Source of the DNA: an uncultured archaeon
GTDB lineage: Archaea > Aenigmatarchaeota > Aenigmatarchaeia > CG10238-14 > SCSR01
DNA length: 58,430 bases
Assembly (NCBI GenBank): GCA_964645905.1
Contig: CAZYBR010000001.1
Coordinates: 1 to 58,430, forward strand
Direction: 5' to 3'
Part shown: positions 46,012 to 54,742 of the stretch, piece by piece
How the letters are laid out: the number at the start of each line of letters is the position of its first letter
Numbering within the stretch: position 1 is the stretch's first letter
Position numbers and translations under genes: made by a program
Notes under the pieces: model-generated
What the model was told of the DNA's origin: nothing
What the model saw: the letters and a program-made list of their open reading frames with translations, nothing else
The model's database searches: none

Positions 46012-46425
46012 CTAAATCCTAAACTCAAACCATCTTACTTTCTTGTTGCCAATCAATTCCTTGATCTCACTCTGGACTTTGCTTAATTTGCCGTCGCCGG
46101 ATTTCACTTCGCAGAAAACAATTTCTTTGGGCGATTTCTCAGACGAATAGCCATTGAATATTATAAAATCTACTGGGTCTCCAAGCCATCTCATGTCATG
46201 GGCGTCATATGGGAACTTGTCTAAGAATGGAATTAATTTTTCCAGAGTCTTTCCCGACAATGTCCTTGCGCTTCTGCCGATGGCGTCTTTTCTTATTCTA
46301 GCCTCCTCTTTTCCCAGCCATTCTTCGATTCTCCTGTCAAAATTAGCTTTCAGGTAGATGTACTTCATAGCAAGAAATATCACTGCCAGAGAAAGCGCAG
46401 CTACAAGAACTTCCAGCACAACCAT
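46012..46425 (-). CDS. Membrane-anchored PD-(D/E)xK endonuclease distantly related to archaeal Holliday-junction resolvase (COG4741-like)
   Basis: N-terminal TM helix, then GDPVDFIIF...IVFCEVKSG (D...ExK). Confidence 0.55.
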   Translation of the reverse strand: MVVLEVLVAALSLAVIFLAMKYIYLKANFDRRIEEWLGKEEARIRKDAIGRSARTLSGKTLEKLIPFLDKFPYDAHDMRWLGDPVDFIIFNGYSSEKSPKEIVFCEVKSGDGKLSKVQSEIKELIGNKKVRWFEFRI

Positions 46426-46476
46426 TAAACCACGATATTCAATTAGATAATTAAACTTACAAGATTAATTCTGTTC

Positions 46477-47076
46477 ATGGTGCTGGTGGAGCTGCTGTCG
46501 GGCTTTGTCACAGACTTTATTTCGAGTGTCGGGTATCCCGGCGTGTTCATCTTGATGCTATTGGAGAGTGCATTGATACCTATACCGAGCGAGATCATAA
46601 TGCCTTTCTCCGGTTTTCTGGTCGCGACTGGAGAATTCAACATGTTCTATGCGCTTTTGGCAGGGACGCTCGGGAATCTTATAGGATCGCTGATATTGTA
46701 CTACATCGGCATGCATTTCGGCAGGAACATGGTGCTCAAGTATGGGAGATACATCTTGGTCGACAAAGACCACTTGGATATGGCTGACAGGTGGTTCAGC
46801 AAGTTCGGTGAAAAGATAATCTTTGTGAGCAGGAACCTGCCTGCTGTAAGGACTTTGATCGCGTTGCCTGCGGGCATCAGCAGGATGAATCTTATGAGAT
46901 TCTCGATTTACACTCTAATCGGGTCCGTCCCATGGAACTTTGCATTGCTATATGCTGGAGTTGTGATGGGCAAAAACTGGGAGACGATTCTGAAATATAC
47001 AAACATTTTGGACGTATTCATAATAATTGGCGCTATAGTCTTCGTCATATGGTGGGTAAAAATAAGGACAAAATAG
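46477..47076 (+). CDS. DedA-family (VTT domain) membrane protein
   Basis: GYPGVFILMLLESALIPIPSEIIMPFSGFL...GNLIGSLILYYIG..GR is the DedA signature. Confidence 0.8.
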   Translation: MVLVELLSGFVTDFISSVGYPGVFILMLLESALIPIPSEIIMPFSGFLVATGEFNMFYALLAGTLGNLIGSLILYYIGMHFGRNMVLKYGRYILVDKDHLDMADRWFSKFGEKIIFVSRNLPAVRTLIALPAGISRMNLMRFSIYTLIGSVPWNFALLYAGVVMGKNWETILKYTNILDVFIIIGAIVFVIWWVKIRTK

Positions 47077-47199
47077 CCCCGGGCGGATTCGAACCGCCGT
47101 TCCGAGGGTTCTTCCTTCATCTTTGCATCAGTGCTTTGTGTAAAGTCCAAAGCCTTCCACTTTTTTAATTCGTGTGCTTGTCCACTACACTACAGGGCT
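47074..47199 (-). tRNA. tRNA-Gln(UUG) interrupted by two introns (15 nt near 29/30; 38 nt at or near 37/38)
   Basis: Reverse complement: AGCCCTG TA GTGT AGTGGACAA GCAC A CGA[ATTAAAAAAGTGGAA]GG CTTTGG[ACTTTACACAAAGCACTGATGCAAAGATGAAGGAAGAA]C CCTCG GAAC GGCGG TTCGAAT CCGCC CGGGGCT A. The A1:U72 pair and GTAGTGG D loop are typical of archaeal tRNA-Gln. The mature form is 73 nt. Confidence 0.75.
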
Positions 47200-47813
47200 A
47201 TCTTTAATCTATTACTACCTATCTCTTTAAAATATTTCTGTATTTCAGCTTTACGAGTCAAAACAACCCTATTTCCAAATATTTTGGATGGTATGAATCC
47301 TAAGGCAATTAACGACTCTCTAAAATCATTCAATAATATGCTATTGTTGTTTTTAAACGATATTTGCAATAAATTAGGCCAATGTGGTTTTAGCCGAGAG
47401 ATGGATCCGTCTGTATCGACAAGACCACGTATACACGATGCTAATAGCTTGTTATCGCTTTTAATCCAAGCAGGAATGCCTAATTTATTTCTGATTTTGT
47501 CTCCGCTTTTCAAACCAATAGATCGTAGAAACTCTACTAAATTTTTGCTATCGGAGTATACAATTACTGCATTCTTACCCTTAGGAAAACGTATATGCGG
47601 CACTATTCCGAATAACTCGGACATAAGATTCTTAACGAATCTAGTCACATAATCTGCTTCTGTGATAGAATTGCCAGTTATTCTGACCTGATTATCATTA
47701 GGACCAACGAAAATGCTTCCGTCTCCAAGCATAATACCTACAAATTCCGCCAACTCTTCTGTAAACTCGGGTGACTTAATCTTAATTAAGCTAGACATAA
47801 ACTGACTATTCAC
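47190..47813 (-). CDS. Free-standing LAGLIDADG homing endonuclease (207 aa)
   Basis: Two canonical motifs, FVGIMLGDGSI and IRGLVDTDGSI. Its last 10 nt, including the stop, overlap the 5' end of tRNA-Gln. Confidence 0.8.
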   Translation of the reverse strand: MNSQFMSSLIKIKSPEFTEELAEFVGIMLGDGSIFVGPNDNQVRITGNSITEADYVTRFVKNLMSELFGIVPHIRFPKGKNAVIVYSDSKNLVEFLRSIGLKSGDKIRNKLGIPAWIKSDNKLLASCIRGLVDTDGSISRLKPHWPNLLQISFKNNNSILLNDFRESLIALGFIPSKIFGNRVVLTRKAEIQKYFKEIGSNRLKIAL

Positions 47814-47897
47814 TTTTAGTGAGAATCATGTATAAAGTTAACTAGGGTTCATTTCCCTTTGAGTTAGGTATATAATTAGCAATAATGATTTAAAATA

Positions 47898-48395
47898 ATG
47901 GTCCTGGATGTTTTTCTTGGTCTAGTGAGTCAAGGCAATTATCTAGGATTATTCATCGTGAGTTTCATCAGCAGCTCGTCCATTTTAATTCCAATACTTC
48001 CAGTCCCTTCCTACTTGCCCGTAATCGTGGCGATCACGATCGGAATGAACCCATTATTGGTATGGATAATAGCCGGCATGGGATCTGCATTGGGAGACAC
48101 AATAGGCTATCTGGTTGGAATGGGCAGCAGTGCTACGATAGAAAAATTTGAGAAAAGGACTCCAAGATTCTTGAAAAGATTCGAGAGATTTTATTCCAAC
48201 ATCGGGTTCTGGGCTGTCTTGCTGTTCGCTTTCCTGCCTCTTCCGTTCGATATAGTTGGTATATTGAGCGGCGCATCAAAATATGATTTCAAAAGATTCC
48301 TGCTGGCACTGCTTATAGGCAGAATCGGAAGGACAGTGATCATAACCTACAGCACCACCCTTGCAGGACATTTTATATCTGATTTATTTTCCTAA
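47898..48395 (+). CDS. YqaA/DedA-like (VTT domain) membrane protein
   Basis: Polytopic. GSALGDTIGYLVG and FLPLPFDIVGILSG fit the VTT/YqaA pattern. Confidence 0.6.
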   Translation: MVLDVFLGLVSQGNYLGLFIVSFISSSSILIPILPVPSYLPVIVAITIGMNPLLVWIIAGMGSALGDTIGYLVGMGSSATIEKFEKRTPRFLKRFERFYSNIGFWAVLLFAFLPLPFDIVGILSGASKYDFKRFLLALLIGRIGRTVIITYSTTLAGHFISDLFS

Positions 48396-48409
48396 ATCAA
48401 ATTACTGTT

Positions 48410-48751
48410 ATGTACAAGCAGGTAATAATTCTCAGAAAAGACATCGACCTCGGCAAAGGAAAACTTGTTTCTCAGGCACTGCATGCGGCAATCGGCGCGA
48501 TGAGGAAAGTCGACAACGAGGTTCTTGCCAAATGGGAAAGCGAAGGCAGCAAAAAAATTGTTCTTAAAATAAAGGACATCGGTGAGATGAAGGACATCGA
48601 AAACAAGCTTAAGAAAGCTAAGATGCCTTATTTTCTTGTGAAGGATGCGGGCCGCACTCAAGTAAAATCAGGGACGATAACCGCATTGGGAATCGGGCCT
48701 GTCGAGGAAAATAAAATAGACAAGATAACAGGCAAATTGAAGCTATTGTGA
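48410..48751 (+). CDS. pth2: Peptidyl-tRNA hydrolase, archaeal type (Pth2)
   Basis: KQVIILRKDIDLGKGKLVSQALHAA...VKDAGRTQVKSGTITALGIGP is the Pth2 signature. Confidence 0.9.
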   Translation: MYKQVIILRKDIDLGKGKLVSQALHAAIGAMRKVDNEVLAKWESEGSKKIVLKIKDIGEMKDIENKLKKAKMPYFLVKDAGRTQVKSGTITALGIGPVEENKIDKITGKLKLL

Positions 48752-48757
48752 TTTGAA

Positions 48758-49984
48758 ATGGAATTATTCAAGATCGTTTACATAATCATACTCGTTTCGC
48801 TGAGTTATTTCACTTTTTTCCATCTGATACTCTGGTTCGAGAGCAAAGGCAAACTCCGGAGAGCGCCGCCTGCAGACAGCCAGCTGCCTAAGCTGAGTAT
48901 AATCATGCCTGCATACAATGAAGAACGACTGATAGCAGGCAGTCTGGAAAAACTTTTGTTGACAGATTATCCCAAAAACAAATACGAGGTCATCGTCGTT
49001 GATGACGGCAGCAAAGACGGCACATATAAAATAGCGAAACGCTACGAGTCGGCAAATGTGCAAGTCCTGAAAAAAAAGAACACTGGAAAAGCAGATTCGA
49101 TAAATTTTGCGATCAAGCGTTCAAAATATCCTTTTGTAGCAGTAATTGATGCTGACAGTTTTCTTGATGCTAATTCTTTACGGCAATGCATGGGTTATTT
49201 TGATGGAAAAGATGTAGCCGCTGTGACATCGCATGTAATGGTAAAGAGGAAAAAAACATTATGGGAAAAACTCCAGCACATCGAGCATATGATCGTCTCG
49301 CTGATGAGAAAGGCACAGGAACATGCAAATGTGATAAATGCGACTCCCGGGCCTTTGAGCGTCTACAGAAAAGATGTCTTGGTAAAGATCGGCGGGTTCG
49401 ATACGAAGAATCTTGTGGAGGACGTCGAGATCGCGTGGAGGATATTGAAGCATGGCTACAAAATAAAAATGGCTTTTGATGCGATGGTGCACAGCATGTA
49501 TCCGGACACCTTCGGACTGTGGTGGAAACAGAGGAGAAGATGGAACATAGGCGGCATACAGACATTCATCAAGTACCGCTGGTCCATATTCGACAGGAAA
49601 TCGCACGGCGTCGGTAATTTCTTGGTGCCGACCTGGCTGATAGGATACTCGTTCTCGCTCATAGGGACGAGCATGTTCGCGTATCTCATGATATCAAAGG
49701 CACTCAATTATATTTTATATGTAGTCGCCGCATTTTCAGCCGGGACCAACCCGTTTGCCCGTTTTGATTTCTCATACAATGTAGACTTGCTTCTGGTCTA
49801 TGGCATGATCGCATTCTTGGTATCTCTGTTTGTCATGAGGCTCGGCATCCGGGTGCATAAGGACAGGCCGGGCATCCTGCTTCTGGCGGTTTTCATCACG
49901 GTGTACCCAATGCTTTTAACCATTAATGTCTTAGTTTCTTTGTACAAGTTCCTAAGAGGAGAAAAAGGCTGGTTGACGAAATGA
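48758..49984 (+). CDS. Membrane-integrated processive family-2 glycosyltransferase
   Basis: PAYNEE, VVDDGSKDGT, IDADS (DxD) and QRRRW (QxxRW), with TM helices at both ends. Confidence 0.8.
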   Translation: MELFKIVYIIILVSLSYFTFFHLILWFESKGKLRRAPPADSQLPKLSIIMPAYNEERLIAGSLEKLLLTDYPKNKYEVIVVDDGSKDGTYKIAKRYESANVQVLKKKNTGKADSINFAIKRSKYPFVAVIDADSFLDANSLRQCMGYFDGKDVAAVTSHVMVKRKKTLWEKLQHIEHMIVSLMRKAQEHANVINATPGPLSVYRKDVLVKIGGFDTKNLVEDVEIAWRILKHGYKIKMAFDAMVHSMYPDTFGLWWKQRRRWNIGGIQTFIKYRWSIFDRKSHGVGNFLVPTWLIGYSFSLIGTSMFAYLMISKALNYILYVVAAFSAGTNPFARFDFSYNVDLLLVYGMIAFLVSLFVMRLGIRVHKDRPGILLLAVFITVYPMLLTINVLVSLYKFLRGEKGWLTK

Positions 49985-50631
49985 AGAGAGTGTATGTGCA
50001 AGCTGGTGTTCTTTCACTGCTTGTATTTTTCATTGGGATAATGGCCGGCATTTGGATAGACAACCAGAGGCTCGGCGGCATAAGAGATGCCCTCTCTGAA
50101 GCTGACATCAATTCATACGACGCCAGGCTTCTCAACAGCTATCTGCAGAGATTCGGGGAACACTACTGCAATATTGCTCTAGAGCAAAATTTGGCTTACA
50201 ACGAGAAGATATATGGAGAAGGCAAGAAGATAGAGGACAAGATAAACGCAAACATATTCACGCCGGAAGTCGAGCAGGAATGGAGGAGGTATACGCTTCT
50301 GCAGACGCAGTTCTGGCTCAACAGCATCGAACTGAAAGAGAAATGCGGATTTGACTATCATACTGTCGTGCATCTGTTCAGGCTGAAAGACACGCCGTTA
50401 GAAGAGGACAGAAACAATAATGTGCAGGCGTCTATACTTCTTGATATTAAGGAAAAATGCGGGAGCAAGATAATGCTGATACCCATCACCGCGGACACCG
50501 ATCTGGTCGTCGTTGATGCGATAGCCAAGCAGTTCAGCATTACAGAATACCCTGCGGTGGTTATAAACGAGAGCTTTGTTTTTCAAGGCGTGACTGGAAA
50601 GGACAAGTTGAATTCATTGTTGAATTGTTAA
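49981..50631 (+). CDS. Membrane-anchored hypothetical protein coupled to the GT2 gene
   Basis: ATGA overlap with the GT2 stop. N-terminal TM helix. No motif assigned. Confidence 0.5.
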   Translation: MKRVYVQAGVLSLLVFFIGIMAGIWIDNQRLGGIRDALSEADINSYDARLLNSYLQRFGEHYCNIALEQNLAYNEKIYGEGKKIEDKINANIFTPEVEQEWRRYTLLQTQFWLNSIELKEKCGFDYHTVVHLFRLKDTPLEEDRNNNVQASILLDIKEKCGSKIMLIPITADTDLVVVDAIAKQFSITEYPAVVINESFVFQGVTGKDKLNSLLNC

Positions 50632-50636
50632 ATTAG

Positions 50637-51077
50637 TCATGAGTCTATTTTGCCTAAATCCTTTATTTTAACAATTTGTTCTCTTTCATTTACAGTGACT
50701 TCAAATCTGTCGAAAAATCCTTTCCTTCCTATAAGGAGTGGTATGTCATCTGTATCGACAACAAGTATACGAATTATAATCGAAATCGTTTGATATTCAT
50801 ATTTGACAGATAACGTGACATCTGACAGACTGCTATCAACACGACCGCCTATACCAATTACCTTTTCAGTTGCAGATTGAGTGAGGTCTATTTTTAGAAT
50901 GTCTGCTATGCTCTTAGGAACAATAGTAAAATCCGATCCGGAGTCAACCATCGCTACTATTTTTATTTGTCCTTTATCACTTGCGAGAGTAACAGGTATT
51001 GTAGGTAATTTCACTGGCTTTAACGGAGGTTTTCTGGGTATCTCCCTGTAATGAAACGTTTCGGGCAGAAGAACCAC
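50637..51077 (-). CDS. Retropepsin-like (clan AA) aspartic protease, AF_0612-type
   Basis: AMVDSGSDFTIVP (DSG active-site motif) and LLIGRKGFFDRFEVTV near the C-terminus. Confidence 0.65.
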   Translation of the reverse strand: MVLLPETFHYREIPRKPPLKPVKLPTIPVTLASDKGQIKIVAMVDSGSDFTIVPKSIADILKIDLTQSATEKVIGIGGRVDSSLSDVTLSVKYEYQTISIIIRILVVDTDDIPLLIGRKGFFDRFEVTVNEREQIVKIKDLGKIDS

Positions 51078-51269
51078 CTAAACAATTAATAATTCATTTC
51101 CAGGTATTTTTGCGAGCATAGGTATTTTGTTTTTAGCTCTTTTTTGCGCTTCACTATACGCTATTCTTGGATCCTTATTATGGGCAACTACTTTATCATC
51201 GACGATAGCTATCCATTCTCCAGCAAATTGCTTGGTGTCAAGTTGCAAATATGTATTATACTCATTCAT
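51078..51269 (-). CDS. Small DUF5678-like protein (63 aa)
   Basis: FAGEWIAIVDDKVVAHNKDPRIAYSEAQKR...IPMLAKIP pattern. Its stop abuts the protease ATG with no gap. Confidence 0.5.
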   Translation of the reverse strand: MNEYNTYLQLDTKQFAGEWIAIVDDKVVAHNKDPRIAYSEAQKRAKNKIPMLAKIPGNELLIV

Positions 51270-51439
51270 GCACTAACACCTAGACAGTTTCATTAAAAAA
51301 TGAATTTTAAATACTTGAGCAAAAGAGTGCTCATTTTCCATAATCAATATTGAATTTTGCTTAATAAAGCATATGCTTCATCAGAAACAATCAGTGTTTG
51401 TAAGGCCTTTTATGCTTTTCAAAAGCAGCAATACCATTG

Positions 51440-51982
51440 TTAGACGGTGATGTTCATCGCTATCATCAGGAATTTCATCGTAGCCAAGTCCAGGTCCTTC
51501 TGCGTCATACCCTTGATATAAACTATGTTTCCGTTTTGCTCTATGCCGTTTTTGTCTGACAGCGATGGGCGCACAAGTGCTATGATCAAAGTGTCATTTG
51601 CGGAGCTCAGATTTTCGAACGACTTTAATTCGAGCGTAGAAAACTCATTGCCCCATTGCTGCCTTCCATATGCTAGGTCCAGCTTGAATCTTATTTCAAA
51701 CATGTTTGTGGCGAGTGCGCCATTGTCCGCCGAGGACTCTTCTGTGGGAACATACGCGATTTTCACCCTGTAGACATCCGGATGCCATATCCAACTATAC
51801 ACACTATTTTCATCAGGATACACAGAAACGTTCTTAGCCAGCCTCAAGTCATCCCTGAACACGATTTCAGTTCCGTCCCAGTCGTATCTAGTGATGGGCC
51901 TGCCGCTTGTATAATATGAGATCCCTATTATTGCTATGACTGCGATAGCTGCGAATATGACTAGGTTTTTGTTTAATTTCAT
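51440..51982 (-). CDS. Membrane-anchored or secreted hypothetical protein (180 aa)
   Basis: N-terminal TM/signal (LVIFAAIAVIAIIGISYY). No motif assigned. Confidence 0.5.
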   Translation of the reverse strand: MKLNKNLVIFAAIAVIAIIGISYYTSGRPITRYDWDGTEIVFRDDLRLAKNVSVYPDENSVYSWIWHPDVYRVKIAYVPTEESSADNGALATNMFEIRFKLDLAYGRQQWGNEFSTLELKSFENLSSANDTLIIALVRPSLSDKNGIEQNGNIVYIKGMTQKDLDLATMKFLMIAMNITV

Positions 51983-52102
51983 ACAATAAAGAATTGGGAA
52001 TAAACTTTATAAAATAATTTTCGAGAGAGATTTCTCATGTAAGATTAAAGGAAAAAAGAAAAGAAGGGGAAATTAAAACATTTCCTTCTTGGTAAACAGC
52101 TC

Positions 52103-54511
52103 TTACGGTGTGCTATTCACTGCAGATATTGTTGCTGTTGCTAATGCAGCGCCTGTGACATCGACTGTCTGACCTGTTTGGCCGGACAATTTGAATGCCG
52201 TAGTGCCGTCAGCTGTCAACAATACTTGAGTTCCTAGTCTCGTATCTGATCCATCAGCTCTTGTACCTGCAACTATTACTGTCTGATGACCTGTGCTTGG
52301 GTAATCATCAATTACCTGGATTCTAGCGAAATTGCTTGCTGGCCATGTTGTACAGCTGTAAGCGAACTTACCTGCTGTCTTGGCGTCAGCTACCATGCTA
52401 TTCTTACATGGTCCGCCGACTAAGACAAAGTCTTTGCCTGTCTTGTCTGCTGTTGTAACTTCACTATCAAGCTTGGCTACAGATGTTGTAACTGGTACGA
52501 CTACATTGACTGTTGATCCTGCTGCTGCTGTTGTGCTTGCTGTTGTCTTTCCGAACTTGACCAAACCATAGACTGTTTCAGGCGGAACGCCTAGAACAAC
52601 CTTGTTGCTTTCAACATTTGATTTGACTGAGTATACTTGTATACCTTCGTCAGTAATCAAATCTCCAATCTGCGTTTCGACGTTCTGCAGAGATGATTCT
52701 ACTCTCGCTCTGACGTCGCTCGCATCTGCTGTACCAGAGTTAGCACCTAATACCAATTCTGGTGCTGTTGTTGTTGAAGCTTGTGATCTGTTTTGGAAAG
52801 CAAAGCTGATCGATTCCACTTGTGTAGCACCTGTCACATTGTACACTCCTGAAATGGTTGTGTTTAACAATGTACTACCGGAGAATAGGAAGCCCAAAAC
52901 GTATGTTATTTGAGCTCCTGGTCCACCGTAGGACAATGTTATATTTTCAACTGGGGTGCCCGTAGCTGACGACGCAATTGACGCATTTGATTCACCAGCA
53001 GTGTTCCTGCTGAGGTCATATGTCGTTACCGTCGCTCCGGATGTGTTGAAGAATGCTGGGTATCTTGTGTTGTTGAAGTTTACTATTCTACTAGTTGACG
53101 TATCTTTGTATGCCATCCAGTAGTTAGTGTTGTTGAAGTTTGCTGTACTAGCCGAACCGTTGAAGAGTAAGTAAATTTCAGTGTATCCTGTACTTGATCC
53201 CGTAGCTGAGCTAACGAGAGTACCGGCTACATCTGAAGATATCTTCAGACCGTTCAAGCTTGTGTTTGTGCTGTAACCTGTAGCTGCTGTAGAGCTATAT
53301 ACTGTCTGACCTGTAACTGGTTCCAATGTTACCTTTGCGAAGCTACCTGTGTAATATCCAGCGTAGTTGATCTCAAAGTAGCTGTTTGGTCCCTTGAATG
53401 AGTTACCAGCTGTAAAGTATCTTGTCGCATCTGTTAAGGATTGCGGGTTGTACTTGACACTGATGTAGTCATTTGTTTGGACTCTACCAGCTGCGGCGAA
53501 TGAACCGGATATTGTCCAGTCACTGCCGAATTCTGAAACCGTTGCTGTCACAGAGTTATCGAATACTTTTTCGACGTCACCCTTACCGAACACAACTTGT
53601 CCGTAACCTAGAACACCAGAAGCTGTTGCTCCTGAGCTAAGCACTTTATAGTTGTATGTTGTTCCGCCGTAAGAGACTGACTCTGTACTTCCAGTGTTAA
53701 TGCCTGATTTGAGGACATTTCCACTAGGGTCAGTAACTTCAATCTTAGCTGTTGATGTTGCGAATGATTGAACAACCTTCAACTTCAAGTCACCGACTGT
53801 CATAGAGTCACCATCACTTAGTGTCTTGACAGTCCCGACTAGAGCCTTGAAAGATGTTGCATCAGGCACTGCTACGATTTGAAATTCTCTACCTGCTACT
53901 GTTACTTTTAGAGGATCACTGTAGTGAGTTGAGTTCGCTGCTGTACCTACGAAGTCGTTGGCTGTTATGGAATCATCAAAGATGAATCTCAGCTCGGCTG
54001 CGTTTGAATCGGCTCTCATCTTCAAAGTACCGTTTATTGGACTACCTAACGAGTGTGTCAACGATAATGTCGACCCTGTTTGTGGTAGTATCACAGATTC
54101 ATGGAAGCTGTGGTCAGTACCTTTGAATGAGAACTTGGACTCCTTGAGTCCGCTAAAGTGGAAGTTTCTCAGAGTTCCTGGGAACTGGCTTGTACCAGTA
54201 CCAGCTATCTGACCTCCGCTAGAACTTGGCGAGACACCAACTTTTCTATCAGTTGTACCTGCTGATGTAGTTGTTGTTCCTCCACCCACGGCTGTTGGAG
54301 TATTCGATAGCTGGGCAAGGTTAGCTGCTATATCTGCAGCGCCAGCGACATCACTTGCCGCTGCGTCCTTACCGAAGACTATGTAGAAATCTCCGACTTT
54401 ACCGAGGAATGTTGGATAGTCTTTAAGAGCTGTTGCGCCCAATGCTGGGCTTACGAGAGTCATGGCTGCCATTAAGGCTGTCATGAAACCTGCAACAAAC
54501 TTTTTATTCAT
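52103..54511 (-). CDS. S-layer protein (Thr/Ser/Gly-rich)
   Basis: Signal peptide (FVAGFMTALMAAMTLVSPALGA). DYPTFLGKVGDFYIVFGKDAAASDVAGAADIAANL and C-terminal DFVLVGGPCKN are typical of archaeal S-layer proteins. Start moved from GTG 54526 to ATG 54511, which is preceded by GTGAGG. Confidence 0.7.
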   Translation of the reverse strand: MNKKFVAGFMTALMAAMTLVSPALGATALKDYPTFLGKVGDFYIVFGKDAAASDVAGAADIAANLAQLSNTPTAVGGGTTTTSAGTTDRKVGVSPSSSGGQIAGTGTSQFPGTLRNFHFSGLKESKFSFKGTDHSFHESVILPQTGSTLSLTHSLGSPINGTLKMRADSNAAELRFIFDDSITANDFVGTAANSTHYSDPLKVTVAGREFQIVAVPDATSFKALVGTVKTLSDGDSMTVGDLKLKVVQSFATSTAKIEVTDPSGNVLKSGINTGSTESVSYGGTTYNYKVLSSGATASGVLGYGQVVFGKGDVEKVFDNSVTATVSEFGSDWTISGSFAAAGRVQTNDYISVKYNPQSLTDATRYFTAGNSFKGPNSYFEINYAGYYTGSFAKVTLEPVTGQTVYSSTAATGYSTNTSLNGLKISSDVAGTLVSSATGSSTGYTEIYLLFNGSASTANFNNTNYWMAYKDTSTSRIVNFNNTRYPAFFNTSGATVTTYDLSRNTAGESNASIASSATGTPVENITLSYGGPGAQITYVLGFLFSGSTLLNTTISGVYNVTGATQVESISFAFQNRSQASTTTAPELVLGANSGTADASDVRARVESSLQNVETQIGDLITDEGIQVYSVKSNVESNKVVLGVPPETVYGLVKFGKTTASTTAAAGSTVNVVVPVTTSVAKLDSEVTTADKTGKDFVLVGGPCKNSMVADAKTAGKFAYSCTTWPASNFARIQVIDDYPSTGHQTVIVAGTRADGSDTRLGTQVLLTADGTTAFKLSGQTGQTVDVTGAALATATISAVNSTP

Positions 54512-54742
54512 ATTGTTTTTCCTCACTTAATTTATTACTATCCACTACGTTTTGCGTAGTAGACAGTACCTTGGGATTATTACTATCTAATAAGCATTTC
54601 AGACCATATATAGGTTGCCTGAAACAATTGATAGGAAAGTTTCTAAGCTAAAAATACATACTAAATATACCCTAATATCGTGTTCTAATGCTGTTAATTG
54701 TTTCTAAAGCCAGAATAACCCATATCAGCTAAAAATAAAGTT

